Assembly: GCA_030704615.1 (NCBI GenBank)
Contig: CM060731.1
Location: forward strand, 27,590,001-27,654,000
Source: Takakia lepidozioides
Lineage: Eukaryota > Plantae > Bryophyta
Length of the DNA stretch: 64,000 bases
Direction: 5' to 3'
Made by a program: the position numbers and the translations under genes. Of the stretch, positions 35,805 to 47,554 are shown one piece after another. Within the stretch, counting starts at the first letter, position 1, and each line of letters opens with the position of its first letter. A model generated the notes under the pieces. It was given only the letters and a program-made list of their open reading frames with translations. It was not told where the DNA came from and did not search any database.

Positions 35805-38800
35805 CTAAGATGCCTCCACATGATGATAGCCCTTCCATTTGACGAGATACTCCGTTTCTCGGTTCTTGAACCTCCTTGACTTAAGTACTGCCTCCACCTC
35901 ATACTCAGGTTCATTTTCATGATCCAACAGCACAGGTGGCGGACGCAACACTTGATGCCGATTCGGACGCGCTTCATCTTTGAAGTAAGGCTTCAAAAGG
36001 GAGACGTGGAATACTGGATGCACCTTGCTGTTTGCCGGCAGCTCCAATTCATACACATCCTCATTCATAACCTTCCGGATGCGAAAAGGTCCTGCATATG
36101 GAGGTACGAACTTTGGACTCACTTCCGGAGGTAGTCGAAAATTCTTGATGTTCAACCAGACCTCCGTGCCTGCCTCAAACTTCACTTCCCTTGCGATTCG
36201 CCTGCCTTTCATACCGTTTCCTAGCTTTGGCAATGTTGTACTTTGCGAGCTTCAACAAACGCTCGCGTTCTTCCAGTACCGCCGCTATTGCCGGTTCCTC
36301 AACGTCTTGGGCGGCCCAACTTGTCGGCACGAGAGGTGCTTTTCATAGACCAATACGAAAGGGAAAACTCCCGTTGCGGAGTGTTCTGTGTTATATAACA
36401 GAACTCTGCCGCGTCTAAGTGTTCCACCCAGTCTGTTTGGTCTGCCGACACGTAATTCCGCAAGATCTGCTTCACTACGGAATTCACTCTTTCCGTTTGG
36501 CCGTCGGTCGTAGGTCGGAAGGCGGTGCTCATCTTCAGCCTCGTCCCCATCTTCTTCCAAAGTGCCCTCCAAAATTTACTCGTAAACTTTGGATCGCGGT
36601 CCGAGACAATATCCTTCGGGACTCCATGATGCTTTAAGACGTGGGCGAAGTAAAGTCGCCCTGTTTCCTTCCGCCGTTGCCGTCTCCTTGGTAGGGATGA
36701 AATGGCCCATTTTACTGAACCTATCCACCACCACCATGATTGCATCGAATCCTTTTGACAGCGGCATAGCAGTCATGAAATCCATCGAGACGCTTTCCCA
36801 AGTCCCCTCTGGAATCGGCAAGGGTTGTAACAGCCCCGCTTGCTTTTTGTACTCGCTCCAGTTTTGTTGGCATGTGGTGCATGTCTTGACATACTCCTCT
36901 GCCTCCTCCCTTAGTTTGGGCCAGAAATACTCTTTCTTCAAGAGTGCCGCAGTGCGTTTGGCTCCGCCGTGGCCCGCAAGCGGGCTATCATGGCATTCTC
37001 TCAAGAGGCTATCTCTGATCCCTCCCTTCGGCACGTAGAGACACTTTTGCTTATACCGGAGCAGTCCATTTTGCAAGTGGAACTGCGATTTAACCCCCAT
37101 CCTCAAGTCCTGCATCACGGACTTCGCCAACTCATCCTTCCGACAAGCCTTCCGGATCTTCTTTTGGAGCGCCGTCTCGCCCCTGTACACCAACAAGAGC
37201 TGCTGTTTTCTACTTAAAGCATCGGCCACCACGTTGTCCCGTCCCGGTTTGTACGGGATATCCACGTCGAACACCGCCAAAGTATCTTGCCACCTAAGTT
37301 GTTTTGGGGACAACTTGGGCTGCGTGGCAACTTCACCGTGACATTGTCCGTGAACGCCTTCACTGGGTTGGAATCAATATAGTGGCGCCAAAGCTCAAGA
37401 CAGTGCACCACCGCCTTCATCTCTTTCTCGTGCGTCGGCCACCGTCGCTCCACTTCATTCAGTTTCTTACTTTCGTAAGCCACTGGACGTCCATCTTGCA
37501 TCAGTACACCCCCAATCACGAAGTCCGACGCATCTGTATGAATCTCGAACGGACGATCGAACTCCGGGATTTTCAAGACTGGAGTTTCCACCATCCGCTG
37601 CTTCAATTCAGCAAAAGCTTGGCCACAAAAGGTGTTCCATGCCCAGACTTTGGACTTACACAGAAGGTCTGACAGCGGCCCCGCGATCTTGGCGAAATTT
37701 CTCACATACTTCCAGTAATAGGAGGCGAGTCCTAGGAAGGATCGCACTCCCGGGACCGAAGTCGGAGGCTCCCAGTCCAAGATTGTCCTCACCTTCCAGT
37801 CATCCATTCTGATCCCATCCTGTGTAATCACATGCCCCATGAACTCCACTTTTGTGACCCCGAATTCGCACTTTGAAGCTTTGGCATACAGCTTTCCTTC
37901 CCGCAATTTCTGGAACACCCTTTTGAGGTGCTCCAGGTGCTCCTCCTTTGTTTTCGAATACACCAAGATGTCGTCGATGTACACGATCACAAAGTCATCC
38001 AACCACTCCTGGAAAAGGCTGTTCATCAGCGTGCTAAAGGTCGTGGGAGTGTTGGTGAGTCCAAAAGGCATCACCAAGAACTCATATGAACCATACCTTG
38101 TCCTGCACGCGGTTTTCTCCTCATCTCCTTCCGCCACTCGAATTTGATGATAGCCAGAGCGCAGATCGATCCGGCTGAAATACTTTGCTCCTGCCAACCG
38201 ATCGAAAAGGTCGTCGATCCTTGACAAAGGGTATCGGTTTTTGATAGTCACCTTATTCAAAGCCCTGTAATCGACACACATCCGCAGCGTCCCATCCTTC
38301 TTGTCTGCGAATAGCACCGGGGCTCCGTAAGGTGACTTACTCGGCCGGATGTACCCCTTTGACATTAGATCTTTGAGCTGAGTCTTCAGCTCGACCAACT
38401 CTCTGTGGCTCAACCGGTAGGGCGCCTTGGCAGGTGGTTCCGATCCCAGTATCACCTCAATCTTGTGGTCAACTCCTCTTCGCGGTGGCAAGCCGCTTGG
38501 TAAATCCTCCGGCATCACATCCTGGTATTTCTCCAAAATCCCCTTGATCCAATCTGGGCTCGGCTCCCCATCGCCTTCTCCCTTCACTTCTCTAATGTAG
38601 AGCAAAAATTGGGGCTCGTGTGCCTCCTCCATGGCCCACTCCCTTGTTGACAAGAGGTTTATTCGCCCTCCCACGGGTTTGGGCGTTTCCGACACTCGTA
38701 AGACCTCGTCACCATTCCCACATGGCAGCGTGACTACTCTCTTGCGGCCATCTATGACCGCTCCGGATTTGCTCAAAAAGGTCATCCCCAAAATGAGATC

Positions 38801-40203
38801 CACTCCATCGATCTCGCAGATGGTGAAGTTCTCATGTCCCTCCCAACTCCCCAGTTGAAGAGGAACATCAAACGCCAACTTGTCGCCAATTGCGGTTCTC
38901 CTTTGGCAGAACGCACCTCAATAGAGGCCCCCACGTCACTTGTGGGAGTCCCAGCTTTTGTGCCGTTGCCGGTGTCATGAAGGAGTGCGACGCTCCTGTG
39001 TCCACCAACAACGACACGTTAGTTCCGGATATTATCCCATCCACGAACAATAACTGACTCCATTTACGTAAGGCGCCAGTTTCCTGATACAACTCACAAG
39101 AAAATTTGCCTACCTTGCAAGTCCTGGCGACCACCGCTTCCACCAAGCGACTGATGGTAACTTCCGACAGCTCTGTGGTCGCCCGAGTCATGTTCAATTG
39201 CCGGGGCTTCGTGCACTTCTTGGCCATGTGCCCGGGCTCCCCGCAATTGAAACACACTCTATCAAAGGTCGTCTTCTGTCCGCCATAGGCCGCTCCACCC
39301 ACTTTTCCTTTCGAAGCACCGGGTGCCGCTTTGACTTGTGAAGGCCCTCCTTCGATTTCCCACGTGCCATTGTCGCCGCGTGGCCTATCCCACTTCTTTT
39401 CCGGTCGGAAGGAGTCACCGCCTTCCGCCGGGTCTTCTTGTGGTTCAGCTCCGTAATGGCCTTGTCTTTCACACCCTTAGGACATCCGAGAAACATTCAG
39501 CCCTCTCAATTGCCTCGTTCAAAGTCTTAGTGGCTTCTTCCTCCAACTTCCGCGCTGGCCACATGGTTTAGTCTCGCCACAAAGTGAAGATCATTTTGGT
39601 TCTGCCATGTCCGCGACTTCGAGCAACAGCACATTGAAAGCCTGGACATATCCCCGAATGTCATTTGTTTGCTTCAAATTCCTCATCTTGTCCCGGGCGA
39701 ACCAGGACGCGTTGAGGGGCACAAACTGCCTCTTCATCAATTCCTTGAACCCACTCCACGTTCAAGTTTCCGGGCTTGGACTTCGGTCGTTGAAGGCATT
39801 TCTGCCACCATTGTTGAGCATAGCCCCTCAAATAAGTGGGAGCCACTTCCACCCGATCCTCGTCACTCAACTTGGCCGCCCGGAAGTACTGCTCTAGCTC
39901 CAAGAGCCAGGTGTTGAGTGCCTTCCAATTTCGAACGCCCTCGAAGGTGCCGGGTTCCTTAGGCTTCACCTTAAACTTTGCCTTAGTGGAAGTGGCATTA
40001 TCCGCCTCCAACACATCTTTCAACGTCCCGCCAAATTGCGCCAACAACCCTTCCCAAAAGGCTGCCGGCATGGGAGGCATCTGTTGGTCGGTCGGAGCTC
40101 TCAACGATTCCTCAGGCTCCGACTCCTCAGATTCCTCCCGCTCTTGAGCGGCCTCGTTTTCGGAAACATGCATCGCTTCCTCAAATGGCCGCCTCGGTGA
40201 CAC
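35805..40203 (-). pseudogene. Chromovirus gag-pol (GAG-PR-RT-RH-INT-CHD), several frameshifts
   Basis: ORF pieces 39661..40203, 38868..39302, 37214..38878, 36576..37313, 36299..36745 and 35805..36233 carry consecutive domains in different frames. Confidence 0.95.
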
Positions 40204-40332
40204 ATCGCCCCCATCGGGCTCACCAGGATCATCATCTTTTGGGCCGTTCCGCTTTCGCTTTGGCTTGCCCGACCCATGATGAGGCCAATCCCAAGGACGA
40301 TCGCGTACTGAACTCTAAGCTCTGATACCAAG

Positions 40333-41057
40333 TGTCGCGCACCTCACTTCGGTAAGCTCCCCCCTCAAGTCATAGTTACTCGCTTGATGCGCGCGCCTAA
40401 CTCCCAACCTGGCCGCCGGGCCAACTTTGGAGCTCCGGCTGCTCACCGGGGAATAACGGTCCCCTTTGATCTCCCAAATAACCCTCCAACAATTTGGAAC
40501 CAGCGGAATTCCCTTTGTAGTAGTTGGCAGTCCGGAACAGCTCCCCACTTTTTGGTCACTTTCCGGCTCGCTCGCTTATTCACTAGTTTTTGGTCACGAA
40601 CGGGCTTGCACCGTTCTCGGGGTTACTACCCTATATATACTTCTGTAGCTGTCCGCGGGGGTTTCACAAACAACCATGCCATTTTATGGCGAACCACCAC
40701 GAACACCCTCGACTCCTGGTGATGAGCCACGGTGAGTCTTGGCCCACCCACCACGGCCCCTATGGACCGTGATGAGTCCCAAGACTCCCCACGACTCCCA
40801 CCACGAGGTCTCCGCCCCAGGGTGAGTCCTATGCCACCCCCACTAAGTCCCGCTAAGCTACCACCACCCCTTGTGGAGCCACCCCCACCGCAACCCGGTG
40901 TGCGGGGCTCCACCTAGTGAGCGCCTCCACCTCCTTGAGTGCCTTGGGCACTCAAGGGTGCTTCAGCCCCCCATACCTATCGCTGCCACTGCCCTCACCA
41001 CAGGGGCAGCCCCCCTTGTGTCCCGACCCCCTGCCCTCAAGGCAAAGGGCCGCGACA
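40333..41057 (-). repeat. 5' LTR of chromovirus
   Basis: Adjacent to the tRNA-iMet PBS; pairs with 34090-34814. Confidence 0.97.
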
Positions 41058-41784
41058 GAAAGTATGTGAGAAATTTCGCCAAGATCGCGGGGCCGCTGTT
41101 CTGTGTAAGTCCAAGGTATGGGTATGGAACACCTTTTGTGGCCAAGCTTTTGCCGAATTGAAGCAGCGAATGGCGGAAGCTCCGGTCCTGAAAATCCCGG
41201 AGTTCGACCGTCCATTTGAGATCCATACAGATGCGTCGGACTTCGCACTTGGGGGTGTGCTCATGCACGACCAGTGGCTTACAAAAGTAAGAAACTGAAT
41301 GAAGTGGAGTGAAGATGGCCTACACACGAGAAAGAAATAAAGGCGGTGGTGCATTGCCTTGAGCTTTGGCGCCACTATGTTGGTTCTAACCCGGCGAAGG
41401 TGTTCACGGACAATGACAACTTAGGCTGTGTGGCAAAATACTTCACCGATCTTCCTTTGGAACGCCGTCTCGCCCCTGTACACCAACATGAGCTGCTGCT
41501 TTCTACCAGCACGGACAGCTCGTAATCAGACCATGACATCTTCTTCTTTAGAGTAGTTTTTGAATTTCGTGACACTTTTCTGTACCAATTGTAGCACTTG
41601 GGGTTTATCCTATGGGATGTTTTGTCCTCCACCCAGCTTGAAGGGTGAGGTTTTCTTCCCTAGGTTTTTCATCCCTTGTGTGCCGGGTGTGTAGTTTGTT
41701 TTGGCTAGGCTTCGTTTTTATTCTTCCTGAGCTCATCACTCGCAGGAGCTCGCAGTTTCTAGTGGCCCCAACAGACTTCATATA

Positions 41785-42228
41785 TGTGGAGCTGGGATTC
41801 CTTCTCACCTTCTTTTTCGATTTGGATGAATGGAGGAGGGATGTGCTCCGGATGATTTAGGGATGGATGGAGCCAGGACGAAGTCTAGATAAACTTACAC
41901 CTTGCGCATGAGGATGAGCTAGCAACAGCTGATGACTTTATTAGGTGCTGTCTTATTCTAACAACTAGTTTAGGATTAGATTAGGATGGATCTGGGTGAT
42001 CTGGCTTCTTTCTATGGCTATGCTGGAAGGGTGGTGGCTTTTGGTCTTACGCGAGAGTACGCTGGGTGTAACGGTGTGCCTGAGTGTGTGGATGAATGTG
42101 CTTTGGAAGTCCGATTCAGTTGCGTCCTCTTCGTGAGATTCCGTCTTCTCTGCCAGGCCCATCTATCGACTACATTCCCCTATTAAGTCCGGTAGAGGAA
42201 AGGGAACAAACCCATAACGCTTGAATCA
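41785..42228 (+). repeat. Second LTR copy of the dUTPase-bearing family (444 bp, internal ~90-bp deletion), possibly solo
   Basis: Direct repeat of 28782-29323 with TG..CA ends. There is no PPT upstream and no PBS downstream. Confidence 0.85.
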
Positions 42229-43069
42229 GACTTCTCAGGCCGTGCCCCTTTCTTGTCCTTCATGGTATGTATTAGGAGGTTGTTTTATCCGCGCCTTTAT
42301 CCAATATATTTCTGGCCCTTCCGTTGGCCTTCCTCATATATATATATATATATAATGGCCTATACCCTTTACTCTGAGGATAAATAAAGCATCAGATTTC
42401 ATCTATCCTTACCCATAGGATAAATAAGTGGACATACAAACAACCTACCCTTACCGGAAGCATTCTGATCTTCTTTATTTTTATTTGCTCTTTTCCGAAC
42501 GGCAAGCAAAAATGTATTTCCCTGCATCACACAACACTGGTGAACCAGCGACAGCACGGAAGAACTAACCCCCTTTCATATCCAAATGTATATTGAATAT
42601 AAAACTAATATATAAGCCTGAACGGTTATTTTTCCTTGTTTTAATATGACTTTCAGGGCTTCTTCTTTTAACTTTTTATTTACACTTGGGAGCTACGCAG
42701 TGTAGCGAAAAATTACCAGATTTCGACCTGGAAAACCGGTCAGCTACTTGTACAAAGGAATTATGGGGGTTTAAAAATAAAAAAGTTCGCCAGAAAACGC
42801 CAGTAGAGAGATATCAGGAGCCTGACCTTGCCTACCTGGACCTGTTAAGATGTACCACCTGTATACAGCCACTTTTCTTACCCTTCCACCTCCTTATTCT
42901 CGCCACATGGGCGCTAGCCAGAAATTACATGTGGCCCCTCTAGCGATTATGGAAAATAGAAAGAAAAAAAGAAGCACCGGAGCAACAACGACTCATGCAC
43001 AGCAGGCCCCTTAATTAATTACAGTGAGAGGAAAAACTTACCTTTTTCCAAGGAACCTCGCATGAGCGC

Positions 43070-43186
43070 CAAGCACCAAGGGAAAGGTGGGGGAGAATAT
43101 AATCCTACACAACATGGTAGCAGGATTCGTACCCAGACTCACCTGGGTGGCACACAGTACACTATCCAACTGAGCTACCGGCTGGT
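43070..43186 (-). mobile_element. tRNA-derived SINE-like element (related copy 46351-46453)
   Basis: Minus strand: gccggTAGCTCAGTTGGatag...ccaggtgagtctGGGTACGAATCCtg (A and B boxes), then ttctcccccacctttccc. The 46351-46453 copy shares this layout with the A box deleted. Confidence 0.6.
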
Positions 43187-43644
43187 AGATTTTAATTTAA
43201 ATAGAAGAAAGAAAAGTTAGGAACAGGCCCGGCTGCCAGTACAACTTAGTCGAAATTATTAATGAGCCCAGATATGTGCAGCATAGGATACCTACCCGCA
43301 GCCCGGCTAGAAAGGTATCAACTTTCCAGTGCCAGGTACCTACCAACTTACCCAGGGCGCAGGCACCGCTTCCCCAGCGCCGTACCCGCCTTTTACCGCC
43401 CCGCCCTGCCATCACCGTGCAGCCCTCCACGTTCCTGCCACGACTTACCCCATCTCAGCCGTCGGCCTATGGAAATCGAAGGCCACAAAGCCGTGGCGAT
43501 AAGGGACAGGTCACTGGCTAGCAATAACTGCACACTGCACTTTACTCTGCACGCAGTCGAGATGACGTCCTGCAAAACCTATGCGCTGGCATCCCATTGG
43601 TGGCTACAGTGAGCAACCACCACCTCGATGAGGTAGTGCTGCTG

Positions 43645-43987
43645 GCGTACAGATTTTCCAGCTTTTTTCTTTGCGTTTTTAGGGATCTTCTGAACCAGAA
43701 TTTCCCTGGGTCTTACACGGATATTCCCCCTAAGATATGTCTAACCGGGAACATCCCAGGTCTTCCCTGTAAGGCTGGGCCCATTTCTTTTCTTTTCTTT
43801 ATCTCTCTTTATCTTTCTATTTCCTTACTTATTGTCTTTTTCCTCCTATGATCGAAATAAGCTGGAAAGGAAAAAGTTGGAAAATCCTTACGCATGGGAG
43901 CCTCGGTACTGTACCTTGTCGCTCGGCCGCCCTTGTTTTCTGCAAACCTCAAAAGGCGGAAGTACCTGGGCCAGTGACTTGCCCTAT
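43645..43987 (+). repeat. ~340-bp MITE-like repeat with ~22-bp imperfect inverted arms; second copy 44978-45464
   Basis: gcgtacagattttccagctttt ... aaaagttggaaaatccttacgc. Both copies continue with aaggcggaagtacctgggccagtgac, and the second contains an extra ~190-bp segment with A/B-box-like motifs. Confidence 0.75.
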
Positions 43988-46900
43988 ACAAAACCCCCCG
44001 CGCTTTCAAAAACCCTGGGGACACGATAATTTCTTTGATGAGTTGCTGCGACTTCAGCAATCATTGGCATCCCATATATGTATGTATACACAAAAAACCC
44101 AAAAAGAATACCAGAGATTAGTAAGTTAATCCAGTGAACTGCGAGGTTACTGTGAAAGAGGTTATTTTTCTCCTGTAATGACGGGGCCTGATTTGTGAAG
44201 TGGCACTCCCAGGTGTTTCCTTTAAAAAATAAATAAAAAATTCATTGAAAAAAAAACTCCACTGGACTATAAACCCAACAAATAATATGAATATTAATAT
44301 GAGTTACAACTCCTCTGTCCCCTTTTCTTAACAATAAAAATAAAAATGTAGACATAATACTGTACAAGCTCTTTCCAAAGAGCATGACAAACCCCACACA
44401 AACCAAAGGAAGCTTCGATTTAGACGAGGCAAACAACATCTGTATCTGTCCCCCTCACCACAATGATGACATTGGCTTCTTCTCCACTGTAAGGATTGTC
44501 ACAGAAGACTCAGTCATAGTGTCCTTCACAGATTTGTGCCCAGATTTGTGATACTTATCAAACTGCCTAGGTGAAGAGGTGTTTGTAGAAGGCTGGACCA
44601 TGTGCCTGTGCTCCACCATACATACGTCAACTGGACCCCTGTAGAAGACCCCAATGAAGCGAATTCTCTTCAATCATAGTGCTCTCTCTCTTGTTCGATA
44701 TGCGAATGCCATAATTTGGTCAATTGTTGCTCCGGATATCTCAGCCCCAATCACCATTCAATTTTCTAAATCTGCAACTTGCTCCAGCCTCCCCCCTCTA
44801 TGTTCCAAGGGGATCATTCCAGAGTACATAAAAGATAGGGTTGGATATTCCTCTAGTGACTAGAGGTTCCGTAATATGGCCGCAATTTCACAAATTCCAA
44901 ATTCATCCCTATCTTTAATGTATAGGGTAAGTCCCCCCCCTCGGCAGGCGTAGCGCAGTGTGAGGGGAGTCCCAGGGCGTAAAGGTTTTCCAGCTTTTTC
45001 CTTTTGTGTTTTTAGGGATCTTCTGGAGCAGAATTTCCCAATGTGGGAAATTCCCTGTAAGACATATCTTACATGAGATATCCTGCGTGAGATATCTTAC
45101 AGGGAATTTCCCTGTAAGGCTGGGCCTATTTCTTTTCTTTTCTTTATCTTTCTATTTCTTTACTTCTTGTCTTTTTGCTCCACCATCGAGTCTTTCTCTA
45201 CTTGAGCAGGTAGCCCAGTGGTTGGGTGTTTGTGCCTTGCCAGTCCTGGGTTCAATCCTTCAACATGTTCCTTCAAACCGTCCATTGGGCCCTTGATGGC
45301 CTGTATGTTGAGCAGTAGGCTCTGTAAATTCGCTGGACGTTAAACAAACTTTATCTATCTGTCAGTAAGAGAAATAAGCTGAAAAGAGAAAAGTTGGAAA
45401 ATCCTTACGCCCTCGTTGGCAACCCTCCAAAGGCGGAAGTACCTGGGCCAGTGACCTCCCCTATTCTCTGAATGTCGCCAGCTGTGGATGATGAATGATG
45501 GACGTGTAGCAAACTATTCATCCACATGGTCGACTGCCTGCTGGCGACCGGAGCCAAAATCTGGCGAGCAGCGTGGAGCTCAGATGGGGCCAGATGCAGG
45601 GGATCGGGGGAGCCTTGGACGGCATCGGTGAGGATAGCTTTGCGCCACGGGAAGCGGAAGGATGGCGATACCCGGGTGGGGCCGTACACCGCCTGCCACA
45701 AGGGCGGCGCCGGTCGGTGGCCCGCCCCACCCCCCCTTTATGCCTCGCACCCCAAATGCTGATGCCGGGTTCAAAATCCGCGGCGGGCCCACATGCCGGT
45801 ATGGGACATTTTTGCTGTTGCGTGCGTGCTACTGAACAATTAGGACTTATCACCGCTTGTATTTTTCAGTTTTATTATGAAATTATTTATCACTCAATAC
45901 TTTTCCAGACAAAAGTGCACACCCAATCAGTCGGCCTTTCACGCCTCCACGCACATATATATTTTCTATTTATTATTGTGTGTTATTTATTTGTTGTGTA
46001 ATAATAATTATAATGGATGTAAATCGCTAATCATGCTGCTAAACAGGCCTCTGAAACAGCGGCCGCCGAGCTCGGGCGCCGGGCGACCCGGGCTCACTGG
46101 GAATGTGGCACGGCATTGTACGAGTGGATGCAGAACGGATTCTGTCCCGAGTTGGGCTGGCACCGTTTCTGGCCGTCCGATTACCAGAGATACCGCTGGT
46201 CTAGTTAAGAGAAAGTGGCCAGGCGACGGGACAGAACGGCTCTCTGACTCCGTGGATGGATGAATATTTGGTCTATGGATGATTCCTATTAGGGTGGGTG
46301 CTGTGATGTATGTATAGTTTTTTTTGAATAACAAAATAACCTCTTTCTAAGCCTCGCTCCAGGGGGAAGGGGGAGAAGATCATACCAAACCCAAAGAGAT
46401 ACCAGGATTTGAACTCAGAATCACCTGGATGGAACTCAGCGCACTACCGGCTGTTTAGAGAACTCTGCTTGCACATAAGTTAGGTTCATCTCTATGTTGA
46501 AAAATTTATTTCTGTTTTAGCCAAAAGAGTTTGATTTGCACTTTTCGAAAAGTCCTAGTAACAGCACCGCCCCCTTTTCCCAAAAACAAAACGAATATTA
46601 AGGGGCCTGATTTGTGAGCTGTCGCTCCCAGGTGTTTCAATATTAAAAAAAAAATACAAAAAATTAAAAGGAAAGTCAAGCGTTACCAAAAATATAATAA
46701 GTAATAATAATAATAAAGAAACAATATATAAAAAACAAAAATAAAAATGGAGCAATTATATTGATGATTGGAATTTGGAAAGTGCAGGGGCACCTTTTGC
46801 CTGTAGGTGACCTAAATGGAGTAGAGACTCCATTTGTACATTTATAGTTTACCGTATTTAAGTTGTGATACTGTGAGTGCAGTCAACGAGGGTGTCCTAA

Positions 46901-47554
46901 ACGGAGGAGGGGGCTGGTCGGATGCTGGATTCCGTCGTGAGGATCGAGTTTTGTAAACTTAATTGATGCTTTGGTGGGGCAGTGTGGGAGACTCGAAAGT
47001 TAGTAAGAGTTTTAGTATGAGAAACATGAAGAGTGGCTCAGAAACCGAGCAGTAGAGTATGGGCCAGCCTACTCTTCTGTGTACTGGTACTGTGTATCTG
47101 TCACTGCACACTGTCTGTCGCTGTCCGCGTCTTAAAAGCTCCCTCTCCCTCAGACTTCACAATCATCTTGCCTTTGAACTCTCTTCCTGGCTTCCGTTGC
47201 TCTTGAATTGGGTCTTCTTCACTCTCATACAGATCTTTCGGAGTGACGTCGGATTCTGTTCTGTGACTGGAGCGGTGTGTGCAAGAGGGGCGAGATCAGA
47301 TACCTCTCGAATGTACAGCCAAGTTTCTGTTTTCGAGTCTGTGAATTCCTAGCGTTGCTTGTACGGTCTCTCTCAGTTTCCCAGCCAGTGTTGTCTCGAT
47401 AAGCTTTACTGTGTCCTGCGCATGGCCTTCAACTAAAATGAATTTCTTTTGACAATTTCCGGAGAGGAGCCTGAGGGAAGAGTGCGTTGACCTCTGTTGG
47501 GGGAACGTTGGCTAAAGCCGCCATCCAAGTTACAGATCTTTCGAAAGAACAGAC

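Larger units (their letters stand above)
34090..41057 (-). mobile_element. Full-length Ty3/gypsy chromovirus (Galadriel-like) with frameshifted gag-pol
   Basis: 725-bp LTRs at 34090-34814 and 40333-41057 (TGTCGCG...CGCGACA). GAAAG TSD at 34085-34089 and 41058-41062, iMet PBS TGGTATCAGAGC at 40330-40319, and a PPT beside 34815. Domains: gag, CCHC CFNCGEPGHMAKKC, PR LVDTGASH, RT YIDD, RNase H TDAS/EKEM.AVVHCL, integrase HHCC plus DDE, and chromodomain YEVEAVLKSR..EYLVKWKGY. Confidence 0.97.
33389..41510 (+). mobile_element. Older chromovirus pol fragment (RT-RNase H) split by the 34090-41057 insertion
   Basis: 33389-34089 ([33 protein letters not shown]) resumes at 41058 ([28 protein letters not shown]). 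It is highly similar to the reverse complement of 37150-38412. Confidence 0.9.

Noticed and set aside
28782-42228. One intact 13.4-kb LTR element
   Set aside because: No matching TSD (GGGCC versus GACTT), no PPT before the right LTR, and the family's own RNase H and integrase are missing.
43116-43184. Functional tRNA gene
   Set aside because: A/B boxes are present, but there is no clean acceptor or anticodon stem, the B box is mutated, and a related degenerate copy exists. A SINE is more likely.
44440-44860. Gene or transposase fragment
   Set aside because: Coding-like composition but no motif I can support.
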